Below are positions 44,601 through 51,616 of a DNA stretch of 64,000 nucleotides, in pieces (position 1 is the stretch's first letter; every line of letters begins with the position of its first letter). Location: the IMG/VR virus record IMGVR_UViG_3300012347_000338, positions 1-64,000 of that record, one strand, 5' to 3'. The position numbers and the translations under genes were made by a program. Source of the stretch: a virus (taxonomy: Duplodnaviria; Heunggongvirae; Uroviricota; Caudoviricetes). The notes under the pieces were generated by a model, which was not told the DNA's origin, made no database searches, and worked only from the letters and a program-made list of their open reading frames with translations.

Positions 44601-47426
44601 TGTCCAGCCCTTCTCGTAGTTGGCCAGATAGCCTTCGCGGGCGGCCTCTTCCGAGGTGAAGCCCATCATGACTTTGTGCTCGTCGAATGAGCCGTCTTGC
44701 TTCAGCTGGTCAATGACGAAAATCTTGTTGGTGTCGGGGCGTGGGCCGATGAAGACGTCAACCTTGTCGCCATCTGCGCCGCTAGTGCGCTCAATGTCAC
44801 CGTAGTGGTGAACCATCGTCGACTCCCACACGACGCCATCTGGAGACGTGCCTGTGCGGGTTGATCCCTCTGGGTTCTCAATCTTGATCTTGACGCCATT
44901 GAGGTCAAGGATGTCGCCCTTCTTGTATCGGTCGGCGGCCGTGGCGCGCGGACCTGGGATCTTGAGGTCGTTCTTGGGGCTTGTTGCGGCGGTGTGCGCC
45001 TTTGCGTCGACGTGATCTTTGATCGCTTTGCGAGCCAGCTGCGAGTCGGCCATGCCGGTCAGCTTGAAGCGCTGGCCGGTCTTGCTGTTGATCAGGAGGA
45101 ACTCGGAGCCGTTGCGCTCAACGGACTCAAAGCCCATCTCTACGAGCTGCTTGATCTCAGCTGCGCGCTTACGGATGAACGCAGGCGTCTTGCCTTCTGG
45201 GATCTTCACGCTTGGCGCATCAACGTCCGTCAGGAAGTCGGATTCCTGAATAGCGCCTGTTGCCGGGTTAACAAATTGTTGGCCTACAGGCGCGGCTTTG
45301 TTCTCGGGGGTCTGGGTGAGGCTGGCCGCTGGGGTTGCGAGCGCAGGCGTGGTCTGGCCACTGGCCTGGCCTTGTGGCGCTTGGTAGCGACCGACGATGC
45401 CCTTGGCTTCAGCTGCCGCTTCTTGGCGCGTGCGCATGGGCAACTGCTTGTTGCCTGCGTCGCCCAGCAAGCGAGAGATGTTCTCGCGATCCGCATCGGA
45501 GATGAGGCGGCTGATCTGGTCATCGCGCAAGGCGGCAACCACGGCGTCAACGGAAGGCGCCTCGTTGTTCACGGCCGGAGCGACAGAGCGCTCCATGGCT
45601 GCCGGCGTCTCGATGTTGTCCATCGGCTCGGCTGGGCGCTTGTTCTGCTTGGCCCATGCGAGGAGCTCTTCAACAGCAGACAGGGCTTCTTGACGTACCT
45701 CAAGCGGTGCATTCAGGCTGCGTGCGGCATTCAAGTCATCAAAGACTTGGGCTGCGTTCACGCCGTCTTCGCGCAGGGTGTCCAGCAAGCCTGAGCCGCG
45801 GAACTCTGATTCGATCTGGCGAACGCGCTCGCCCATTGCATCCGTGGCAGGCAGTTGCTTCTGCTCAGCAGCGGGCGCAGCTGGGGCTGCGGTCAGTGTG
45901 GGGGCGATGCCGGTGTTGTCAGGGGTGGTGGCAGCGGCGGCAGCTTGAGCGATGACGCCAGCGTTGCCAGCGACCGCAGCTTTGGACAGTGGGCTGTTGC
46001 CCTCTTTGGCCTTGTCGATGACGGGCTGCAAAGCGGGCGGAGCCTTGGGTGCTGCGGGCATACCGCGATCCAGCGCACCAAAGGCAGCGCCACCAGGTGC
46101 GGATGCGAGTGCTTCACCAGCGGCTTGGCCAGCGACACCTTGGAATGTGGGAACGTCAAAGCCTTCGTTTTGAAGTGCGACGTTGCTTGTGTAGCGCTCT
46201 TGGCCGCCTTGGAATCCCTCGACAGGAGCTTCCTTGACGACGCCCATGGCTGCACGACCAGCGATGCCGCGAGTCGTTTCTTGACCAGCCTTCTTGCCAG
46301 CCAAACGGGCGGCAGCGGATTCAACGCCAGATGTGCCAGCGACTGCGCCGATCAAAGCGGAGGCCGCAATGTTGCCGCCGTTCTGGCCGTCATAGGCTTG
46401 GGCACCGGCTGCCACCTTGGCTGCGACATCAGGGCTCTCGCCTTGGTCGATCAGCTTCTGCATGACAGCTTCGTAGATGGAGCCCTTGGCAGCGCCTGCG
46501 CCTTGAGCAGCGCCCATGGCGCCCTGCATGATTAGACGTGCAGCACCAGCTTGGCCAAGGCCAGGGATGACGCCCATTAGGATCGTAGGCGCACTTGTGC
46601 CCAACGCATTCAGCGTGGTCTCAACGGGGGCTTCAGCGAAAGCGCCAGCGTTGGCGACGATTTCGTTCCAAGTGCTGCCAGAGGCTTCGGCGTCTTTGAT
46701 TGCAAACGAACGCTCAGTGCGTTGGTCTTTGCGGTATTGGGATTGAGAGTCGGTCAGTGTCTTGGCGACAGCGTCTGCACCGCGTGCAACCGGGTTGTCG
46801 GCACCGAAGGCGCCAGCCAGCATGCCAACGCCTTGCACCACACCAGCGCCAGCGCCGAGTGCGACGTCAGCCACGGCTTCACCCGTGGTGCGGTCTTTGA
46901 CCAAAGGGCGCGCGTTGGAGTAGCTGCCAACTTCTTGTTGCTGCGTGCGACCGGCGCGACCCATGATTGCAGGCACGTAGGCTTGCGTTTCAGCTGGCAG
47001 GTAGCGCAGCCAAGCGCTAGGGTTGCCCGCTTTCTCGGCGCGAGCAATGGCGGAATCGACCGCACCAGGCCCAGCGTTGTAGGCGGCCAGCGCCTTTGCA
47101 GGATCTTCGTACGTCTCGTACTGCTTCTTTAGGTACGCCTTGCCAAGGAGTGAGTTGTACTCACCGTCGGTGCGGTACTTGGTGTCATCAAACTCAACGC
47201 CGGCCAGTTTTGCTGCTTCTGGCGCTGTGCCAGGCATAACCTGCCACTTGCCGATTGCACCCTTTTTGCTTGTGACAGGCGTGCCGTCTGGGCGCAGCTG
47301 CTTCCCACCAGACTCGCGATTCTCGAGGGCGGACCCAATGGTTGAAACAAAGGAGTCCGCATCAGTTGCTGCAGGCGCAGCATCAGGAGCGAGATTCAGG
47401 AGTAGTGAAAAGTCTTGTTGAGCCAT
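35640..47426 (-). CDS. giant multidomain virion/ejection protein (3928 aa)
   Basis: N-terminal SLT lytic transglycosylase (ES...AYNAG), HELFH zincin motif about aa 1167, two PARP-like HGS/Y/E repeats, hydrophobic C-terminus. Confidence 0.9.
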   Translation of the reverse strand: MAQQDFSLLLNLAPDAAPAATDADSFVSTIGSALENRESGGKQLRPDGTPVTSKKGAIGKWQVMPGTAPEAAKLAGVEFDDTKYRTDGEYNSLLGKAYLKKQYETYEDPAKALAAYNAGPGAVDSAIARAEKAGNPSAWLRYLPAETQAYVPAIMGRAGRTQQQEVGSYSNARPLVKDRTTGEAVADVALGAGAGVVQGVGMLAGAFGADNPVARGADAVAKTLTDSQSQYRKDQRTERSFAIKDAEASGSTWNEIVANAGAFAEAPVETTLNALGTSAPTILMGVIPGLGQAGAARLIMQGAMGAAQGAGAAKGSIYEAVMQKLIDQGESPDVAAKVAAGAQAYDGQNGGNIAASALIGAVAGTSGVESAAARLAGKKAGQETTRGIAGRAAMGVVKEAPVEGFQGGQERYTSNVALQNEGFDVPTFQGVAGQAAGEALASAPGGAAFGALDRGMPAAPKAPPALQPVIDKAKEGNSPLSKAAVAGNAGVIAQAAAAATTPDNTGIAPTLTAAPAAPAAEQKQLPATDAMGERVRQIESEFRGSGLLDTLREDGVNAAQVFDDLNAARSLNAPLEVRQEALSAVEELLAWAKQNKRPAEPMDNIETPAAMERSVAPAVNNEAPSVDAVVAALRDDQISRLISDADRENISRLLGDAGNKQLPMRTRQEAAAEAKGIVGRYQAPQGQASGQTTPALATPAASLTQTPENKAAPVGQQFVNPATGAIQESDFLTDVDAPSVKIPEGKTPAFIRKRAAEIKQLVEMGFESVERNGSEFLLINSKTGQRFKLTGMADSQLARKAIKDHVDAKAHTAATSPKNDLKIPGPRATAADRYKKGDILDLNGVKIKIENPEGSTRTGTSPDGVVWESTMVHHYGDIERTSGADGDKVDVFIGPRPDTNKIFVIDQLKQDGSFDEHKVMMGFTSEEAAREGYLANYEKGWTGLGAITEMGVDEFKSWVKSPAAKKPVADTQDKPAAKVAEKAAAAPEKAVDLEEKPDAANDAPPTSFSTYAEAKSYIVAQRRNGSDLSALPYPNEDGTFGIAVKGTPGYTKAEKYAADQQKKAKKAKKPAAKKGESFTIKDGDKNVELQKVAKSDLPNESSSIARGGNERQLTQSDASLLERLASALGKQIQIFSGDGGDGFVRPDDPGTIYINESTSINPLAIFGHELFHQIKRENPQAWKSIAKVVKANISQAAYDQMVEVGYKKSQALEEIVSDLGGDFLSDGAFWRDVFAQIEADHGKDAKGIIAKLVAYLNNLVEQLINDIKQPGFNAASLVKDVRAVRAAYKEGITQYLKDSSLTRPALQAQILREEQGVKKSLARAGDPQAQYDAVVAKYKDTAEWLKAPNGSDSNLSERQWVQVRTPAFKKWFGDWEKFAKLPGGVWNDDKGAVSKVVDNNGEPMVVYHGSSKGGFSEFKTPGGTKRGDLGIFTTPNLEMAKSYVSRRGGEIQYADMEPEAIEGGDQPGYYANFVNIRNPLESDFEGAHWNGERPGRYQVMNQDGELQRDQNGKAYFDMFDDANEFAKTVEDGEVQPADEHYETTDSVVREARSDDNDGAIIRNVVDSGSGAYTNYIDEASDVFVALDPSQIKSATQNTGEFGTGTADMRFSRKRDQIKQANEFAKENGILPYVSSGAQAVPVSIQKSIKREGKYGNHPVLGIPVNANGTVTLYYPTTNADARRIVRERSLKGTGERVYLTNESGVANVMAKRGNIEQKIDGANVLLQINPDLLQIDTEHEDGRKDFFVQITEGSEFRKKMSQVKLFTQNAPRDKGLSEKTTINDITSGITDAIEEMAGLNFAGRRARVKEARLALKAKHNVGTLLSVNGKLEKTNVGGYGLDYDGKDVMSMGLGLASAQKINDEQKLTTCPQSAICQSLCLGETSGQNLLYGGEGQFKSGPRMSQYLKTEAMVQSPEDFATVLFAEIDRFARNAKRDDYQATVRLNVTSDFPPKVFEALIKAFPDVMFYDYTKLNNKVIAENHHLTYSSTGASQIVDGKTIVNPESNWDAMVTKLNRGSNVAMAFTDKNEMPAFVIDGKTGQKFQVWNGDNYDARFLDPKREDGIGMIVGLTNKDRTTKPEEAAVKHKGFFVDYNPARDGDTVVIQDQEALASGKKVIPIKVMKFSRKRNLGENFERWSRGAPLIELGDPHDFMPGEPVVVEALHGSTNADITEFKRSRANVESDWGAGFYASNTPEDVATNYANVNGPDLTARIERETERLADSMEFDDELASTLISEYLKDTGSKEKVTEDTLDDLKEEYVGVAADHAARKRHSEGAPNTMKLFMRMLNPVVIGNNETRLDYSEEYNEETDDYEEPTGKLVEFTGAIRDIAPDYGVRDEDIETAIGKIFEQGIDGDMKVSDVSNIIKQDFVDAFDDDGNSASHEIVRRALSDIGFDGIIDTTVSEKFGPKVVRNGQTYDRTGGMKGMSEDTVHFIAFEPTQIKSATGNDGGFDPTDPDIRKSRKRDEKSESKFPNTPEFSRFRRPEFYSQLQRAIEGVPERLATMSAPAWKQWIEANAAKLGVKKDEVEWSGIKDYLDLQGKAKLAKGDVAAYLAESGVNVQDVMKGDIKNFDAMSDEQLRKEYARIRGYEAEAYGEPMDREEILDELEGMLDEDGDDTKYGKYVLPGGENYRELLITLPTKNTVAGISPAQAARVLYNKEYANLTPEQQADVKRRIADEDSSPAYMSSHWSEANILAHIRVNDRTDADGNRVLFVEEVQSDWGQEGLKSGFAESMGDMPNMSADELLRKHEHSMTESQREYLQDFSERWDNADSDEEIDDLTNEYQQWIPQQRLKGLPKAPFITKTEGWLNLALKRIAMMAVDGGYDKVAFVNGQQSADRYDMAKQVDAIRVNLNPDGTYQLGVQPIGMRMQRHDTSVPANKLSDMIGKELAEKAIAEVTEAGVDGGKVYSGLDLKVGGEGMTKFYDQILPQNLSKLLPKLGGEKAGAVDAGNAAEIERIALTAKIRNLPFESKERAALTKELHALEQGYSPLEQLGFDVTDKMRETVSGGVPLFSRARKPWFEDINSIKLASGYQVGDFITSSKKVTWWDKSVGTMYNLAEKHPEFKRVFDAVQRFIDDVSVYANKAADLAPNILPKLESWKDIAKTPMSAEDVAALRDPIFQGTLSFSRDENGDLQPEDDVEKAGVVFSNQELRDYFQLDDRQIALYREFRAAVNQSITTLNASDMLRYLGEDGDAIRDQVMAAKTVKQSERIISAHLDLLIEQQPGRAEVLTNTKEVISEKVGQAIGLMARGYAPLSRYGEFTVYVVGKDGEQQYFSMFESQAEANKMAREMREQYPDSEVTTGTMSKESYKLFSGVTPESLALFGEALGLEENGVDEKSQAYQQYLKLAKSNRSAMKRLIQRKGIDGFSEDAGRVLAGFVYSNARQVSTNLHAGEIGKAAAAVKSGDLKDMAIKLMNYIQNPQEEAQAIRGLMFAQFIGGSIASALVNMTQPFTMTMPYLSQFVGATGAAARMADAVKLVSKGIKDDDELAKALKRAEADGVVSPQEVHQLMAQSQGKGALKSGDGTKSGDALAKANNTLAKISLGWGKLFGTAEQFNRRVTFIAAYKVARDQKMADPFAFAENAIRETQGVYNKGNKPAWARGAVGATLFTFKQYSIAYVEFLQRMWGNGPEGKKAVGMALLVLFAVSGLGGMPGADDLDDVIDGIAQRVFNKSFDSKQAKKEFLSGFVGDGFADFLMGGITSIPGSPIDLSGRMGLGNLVPGTGFFTKKSSYTRDLAEIGGPAFSMAANWLVAGGQVAQGDIAKAAKTVSPQAAQNLIKASDMWTMGMYRDEKGRKVVDVDAWEGVVKAIGFQPASVKKIQEATSTQQNLIGQNKLRETEIADLWTAGRVERDQDKIAKAKEQIAQWNKDNPQSKIEIDPKQIDKRVQKANQSKAQRIAATAPKEIRGSVTKELDYLNR

Positions 47427-47456
47427 GTGTCGATTATCTCTTATTGCCGGACGTCT

Positions 47457-49205
47457 TTAGCGAATAGTTCGTTCGATGCGCTGCAATTCGGCAGCGTCGG
47501 CGGTTGGCAGCTGGAAGCGTGAATCTTGGTACTTCTGCGCAAGCTCGAGCGCGCCCAAAGTCTTCTTGTCAGCTTGGAACTGCCTGCCCAGAGCTTGCGA
47601 TGCGGCCAGCTTTTGCTGGTCCTTCGCTTCAGCGTCAGCGCGCAACTGCGCTTGACGCGCCTGGCTGCGACCCGCCGGAGAAGTGGGGTCAACGACGTTG
47701 CCACCCAAGCCGCCAACGGCTGGAACTTTCTTTGCGCCTGCGGGCTCTGGAGGAGCCACGTAGCGACCAATCAGTTCAAGCTGACGAGTCAGTGCGGTCG
47801 TGTCTTTGCCAGCCTCTTGTGCGGCGGCGAGATAGGCTCGGCGCTGCTCAGGGTTGGATGCCACGGCAATCAACTGCTGACGTGCAGTGCCTTGTTGCTC
47901 TTGGGGCAATGCGCCGATCATGGAGTCAACCAGGTCGGTCGCAACGCCGGTCATGCCGGACTTGCCGACGACCTTCTCCATCTCTTCGGGAGTTGCGCTG
48001 CCTGGGGCTAGATTGAATTGGCGACCGCCTTCAAAATCTGGATTGCGATAGACCTTGCCGATCAGGCCGGTTTTCTTGTCCAGTTGCATAGTGACCTTTG
48101 TGGGGTCGGCTGCAGCATCGGCGGCGATTGCCGCGGCAGTGCGTGGCGACATGCCTGGGTTGGCTTGGTACAGCGGATCAAGCAGGCTCACGGCGCGAGC
48201 TTGGCGCGCAGCGCCTTCGGGTGAACCGTCGGACTTACCAAGGAACTCGGTCAGCAACTTGGTTGCGCCACCGATGTCGTTGCCATCACCCTTGCCTGCT
48301 TTGCCTGCACCAGCACCAGAGCCAGCGCCGCCACCGCCTGAGCCAGCGCGCACGTAGCGTGGTTGACCGTCAGCCCCTTCGCCGTCGTAGACGAAGCCAG
48401 GAGGCACTGGGCCTTCCTTGAACGTCGAGGTGGCAGTGTCGTACACGCTGTTGCCCACGCGCATGTAGCGCTTGCTTGGGTCCATGGCGTTTTCTTGCGC
48501 CTTGATGCGTGCCTCTTGAATCTTGGCGTACATCTCGGGCGAGTAGTAGGCCTGAAGCGATTCAGCCAGTTGCGTCTTGCTGCCAAATACGCGCTCGACT
48601 TCCTTCTGGGTGTCCTTGTTGAACATCTTGACGGTGACCGTACCGTTGTCGTTCTCGGTAACGCCTTTGATGCCGCCGCCGAATGGGTCGTTGTGGAAGA
48701 TCTCGCCAGCACGCTTGGCCATATCAGCCAAGGTGACGTTGGCGCCTGAGCTCGAGGCGATTAGCTCCTGAGCCTGGCGGCCCGAGCGCTGGAAGCCGTA
48801 CTTGTCGGCCTTCTCGTTGAGCTCGGCGGCCTTGGCGACATCGCCCTGCGCCTGATACGCCTTGGCGTAATCGCGGAAGATGGCGTCTTGTGTGCGCTCG
48901 CGAGTGGTCGTGATCGTCTTGGGCTGAGCGGGCGCAGCCGGCATGTCATTGCCGTCGTCATCCTTAAGAACCGGGTTCTCGATGTAGCTCGGGTTCTCCG
49001 TTTCCACCGTCTCGGTGGACGCTACGCCTTGTAGATCTTTGCGAAGCTTGTCTTCGCGACCTTGCTCTTGTAGCGTGCGCTCGCGCTGAGTCTTCTGAAA
49101 CTCGGCGGTGTCTTGTTGGTTCTGCAGTTGAACACCCTGCTGATAGCCTTGCATAAAGCCACCAGCGGCGGAGCCCATGCCCCCCAAAAATCCTAGTCCT
49201 GCCAT
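47457..49205 (-). CDS. Gly/Gln-rich internal virion protein
   Basis: 582 aa low-complexity G/A/Q-rich, adjacent to giant protein. Confidence 0.55.
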   Translation of the reverse strand: MAGLGFLGGMGSAAGGFMQGYQQGVQLQNQQDTAEFQKTQRERTLQEQGREDKLRKDLQGVASTETVETENPSYIENPVLKDDDGNDMPAAPAQPKTITTTRERTQDAIFRDYAKAYQAQGDVAKAAELNEKADKYGFQRSGRQAQELIASSSGANVTLADMAKRAGEIFHNDPFGGGIKGVTENDNGTVTVKMFNKDTQKEVERVFGSKTQLAESLQAYYSPEMYAKIQEARIKAQENAMDPSKRYMRVGNSVYDTATSTFKEGPVPPGFVYDGEGADGQPRYVRAGSGGGGAGSGAGAGKAGKGDGNDIGGATKLLTEFLGKSDGSPEGAARQARAVSLLDPLYQANPGMSPRTAAAIAADAAADPTKVTMQLDKKTGLIGKVYRNPDFEGGRQFNLAPGSATPEEMEKVVGKSGMTGVATDLVDSMIGALPQEQQGTARQQLIAVASNPEQRRAYLAAAQEAGKDTTALTRQLELIGRYVAPPEPAGAKKVPAVGGLGGNVVDPTSPAGRSQARQAQLRADAEAKDQQKLAASQALGRQFQADKKTLGALELAQKYQDSRFQLPTADAAELQRIERTIR

Positions 49206-49214
49206 ATCTAATCC

Positions 49215-50171
49215 TTAAAAATCGAGGTTCTCGTAGCCGCCAGCATTTGCTGGTGGGCTGGAAAACGTATTCTTAAACCAGTCGCCAATGCCTGTCGCGG
49301 CCTTGCCAATCGACTCTTGAGCGTTCTTGTTTCCGAGCAAGCCGCCCGTGAATGCGCCGAGGCCGGATGCTTGGTTGTTGAAAGCGTTTGCCGACGTTTG
49401 GTAGGCGCTCGCCAGGCCGGAGCCAATGCCGGTCGTGTTGGCGATGTTTGTCTGATAGGCGCTGTTCATGAAGTTCGCGCCAGTGATAGCCGAGTTCAGA
49501 CCCGCGGTGCCTGCTCCGCTTGCGACGCCGGCAGACTGGTTGCCGACCGCACTGAAGGTGGCTGCCGTGTTGGCCATGTTGCGGCCGAAGTTCGCAGCGC
49601 CAGCGCGCAAGGCGAGGCCTTTGTCCATGGTGTCGAATGCTGCGCCGGTCGATGCGCCAGCTGTGCCCAGCGCTTGTGCGCGCTCGGATGCGCCTGCGGG
49701 ACCAGACAGAGCCGTGGAGCCAAGGCCGTAGCGACCAGCAAGTCGAGCGCTTTGGCCGCGGGCATTGGAGAACTGCTGATTGACGTTGGCAGCTGCGATG
49801 CCCGAGCGTCGATCTACGTTCTCTTGCGAGTCGTAGTTCTTTGCCTCTTCCACCATCTGCTTTTCGATGGGCTGGAAGGTGTTCTCGTAGTACTTCTTCT
49901 GGTCGGTCGCGAACTGTCGCTGCTGCTGAGACGCGGCAAGAGACTCTTCGCCAATGCGGCTTTGAAGCTCCTGAGCTCGCTGCTGCGCAGGTCGAACGTC
50001 GTTCTCGTACGTAGTCTTGTCGAATTCAAACTTCTCGCGGTTGAGCTTATTGGCCTCATTGGCCGCGCGCTCTGATGCGGTCGTCGCGTTATTTTGGGCG
50101 TCAGCGGCGTTACCTGACGCCTCCATCGCTCCGTATGCAGTTACAGCTGCCGCTGCTACACCCCAAGGCAT
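49215..50171 (-). CDS. Gly/Asn/Ala-rich internal virion protein
   Basis: 318 aa, compositional bias typical of ejection proteins. Confidence 0.55.
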   Translation of the reverse strand: MPWGVAAAAVTAYGAMEASGNAADAQNNATTASERAANEANKLNREKFEFDKTTYENDVRPAQQRAQELQSRIGEESLAASQQQRQFATDQKKYYENTFQPIEKQMVEEAKNYDSQENVDRRSGIAAANVNQQFSNARGQSARLAGRYGLGSTALSGPAGASERAQALGTAGASTGAAFDTMDKGLALRAGAANFGRNMANTAATFSAVGNQSAGVASGAGTAGLNSAITGANFMNSAYQTNIANTTGIGSGLASAYQTSANAFNNQASGLGAFTGGLLGNKNAQESIGKAATGIGDWFKNTFSSPPANAGGYENLDF

Positions 50172-50518
50172 TATTCGTTCTCCTCGACCAGCGTGTGGTC
50201 AATCTTTTCTGGATCTGTTTCGTCGGATGCGTGAACGCAGAACCAGACGATGTCTGTCAGGGCTACAACTTTGTGTTGCACGCCCTTCTCGATGGTCAGC
50301 ACGGCTGGGCCGCGGTAGACCATTGACTCACCGTCGGCAGTCACGCGGGCCATGCCCGACGCAAGAATCGACTTGTGAGTGAATGTGTGTTTGTGGTTGT
50401 GAAGCTCGACGCCAACAGGGACATCGACGCGCTTCATGTAGACGCCGTCCGACTCGGGCATGTGGTGATGCACCTTGATGCCGGTCTCGTCGAAGCCCTT
50501 GTTGAATTCGTTCACCAC
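50171..50518 (-). CDS. cupin-domain protein
   Basis: G..HNHKH....E....G cupin motif. Confidence 0.5.
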   Translation of the reverse strand: MVNEFNKGFDETGIKVHHHMPESDGVYMKRVDVPVGVELHNHKHTFTHKSILASGMARVTADGESMVYRGPAVLTIEKGVQHKVVALTDIVWFCVHASDETDPEKIDHTLVEENE

Positions 50519-51090
50519 GCTGGGCCTTTCGAGTGTTTGATGCAGACGATCATCGAGATGCGCTCGTCGTCGCTGTCGTTGATGACCCAGTGCGGCACGT
50601 CATTGCGAAACCAGAAGACATCGCCGTCACGGCCAGGGATCTCGCCGTCCGGAAACCCGAAGAGAGACTTGGCTGGTGCCTTCACGGCCACGTAGTACTT
50701 GTCGTAGTAGCCCGCATGCCAACCATGGTCGACGTGGGACTCAATACGGCCACCAGGCGGCAGCTTCGTGATCAACACGCCACCCAGGCGCTCACCTTGC
50801 ACACGAGCCATCAGGTCGAATACAAGCGGGCGAACTTCAGGGATGCATGCGGACTCGGGATACCAGACGGCATCATGCGAATCATTGAATCGCGACCAGT
50901 CTCCAGATTGCTCATGAGGTCGGCAATCGTTGTAGCGAACCCAGATGTCTGTCATGCCAGTGTGAGGCGAGCCGGGTGCATACTGACGCTGGCCTCGGCG
51001 GCCAAACAATTCAGGCTGGCGCTGCAAAGCTAGCTGCAGTGGCAGCACGTCAACGCGTTCAGCAATCTTCAGAAAATTCTGCATGGGCAC
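50512..51090 (-). CDS. cupin-fold 2OG/Fe(II) oxygenase-like (Asp/Asn beta-hydroxylase-like)
   Basis: HVDHG ... PHW H-x-D...H facial triad candidates. Confidence 0.45.
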   Translation of the reverse strand: MPMQNFLKIAERVDVLPLQLALQRQPELFGRRGQRQYAPGSPHTGMTDIWVRYNDCRPHEQSGDWSRFNDSHDAVWYPESACIPEVRPLVFDLMARVQGERLGGVLITKLPPGGRIESHVDHGWHAGYYDKYYVAVKAPAKSLFGFPDGEIPGRDGDVFWFRNDVPHWVINDSDDERISMIVCIKHSKGPAW

Positions 51091-51211
51091 CCGGTCGGAT
51101 TTGGTGCCCGATTTTACCAGAAAGTCAACATTTTGTTGACAACTATTTGTTGGTCTGCTATACGCGTGTGCGAGCCGAATGGCTTTTCATTGATGAATCA
51201 ACGAAAGCTTG

Positions 51212-51616
51212 TTACGGCTTTGCTGGCCAAGCAATGTTGTGTGGGTCAGTTTGGTTGGTGACATCGCGCAAGGCCTGGCGATATTCCTGCCAATCTGCCG
51301 GTACCGGCGTGCCTTGGTCCATTGCCTTGGTGACAACCCAATCTGACTCGGCAAGCAATTCCGAGCGGCGCTTGCGCACACGGGTCCATGCGATCTCGGC
51401 GATTTCATCGGGCGTCAGCTGGATGGTCATGAATCCAGAGGACTGGCGCTCGGGTGGCTTTTCTGTAAGCAGGCCCGTGTAGCGAACCGCCTCGGCATCC
51501 GTCAGCGCAAGCGTTGTCGCAAGGTACCCATCGGCATCGACCGTGTAGTACTCCCTGCGAATTTCTGGTGGCGGAAGCTCGCGCTCCCTCACTACGTTAC
51601 TTTGTTCATTGACCAT
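51212..51616 (-). CDS. tail fibre assembly chaperone (Tfa-like)
   Basis: C-terminal RSELLAESDWVVTKA...W.EYRQALRD signature. Confidence 0.55.
   Translation of the reverse strand: MVNEQSNVVRERELPPPEIRREYYTVDADGYLATTLALTDAEAVRYTGLLTEKPPERQSSGFMTIQLTPDEIAEIAWTRVRKRRSELLAESDWVVTKAMDQGTPVPADWQEYRQALRDVTNQTDPHNIAWPAKP

Noticed and set aside
44547-44849. Inorganic-pyrophosphatase-like segment in the giant protein (GADGDKVDVFIG, EKGW)
   Set aside because: The resemblance is confined to two short motifs. It is too weak to call without a profile search and is mentioned only as a lead.
35690-47400. Dozens of 60-250-aa ORFs on both strands within the giant gene
   Set aside because: All are embedded in one uninterrupted 3928-aa frame with consistent codon usage. 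The alternate frames lack starts or RBS and have biased composition.
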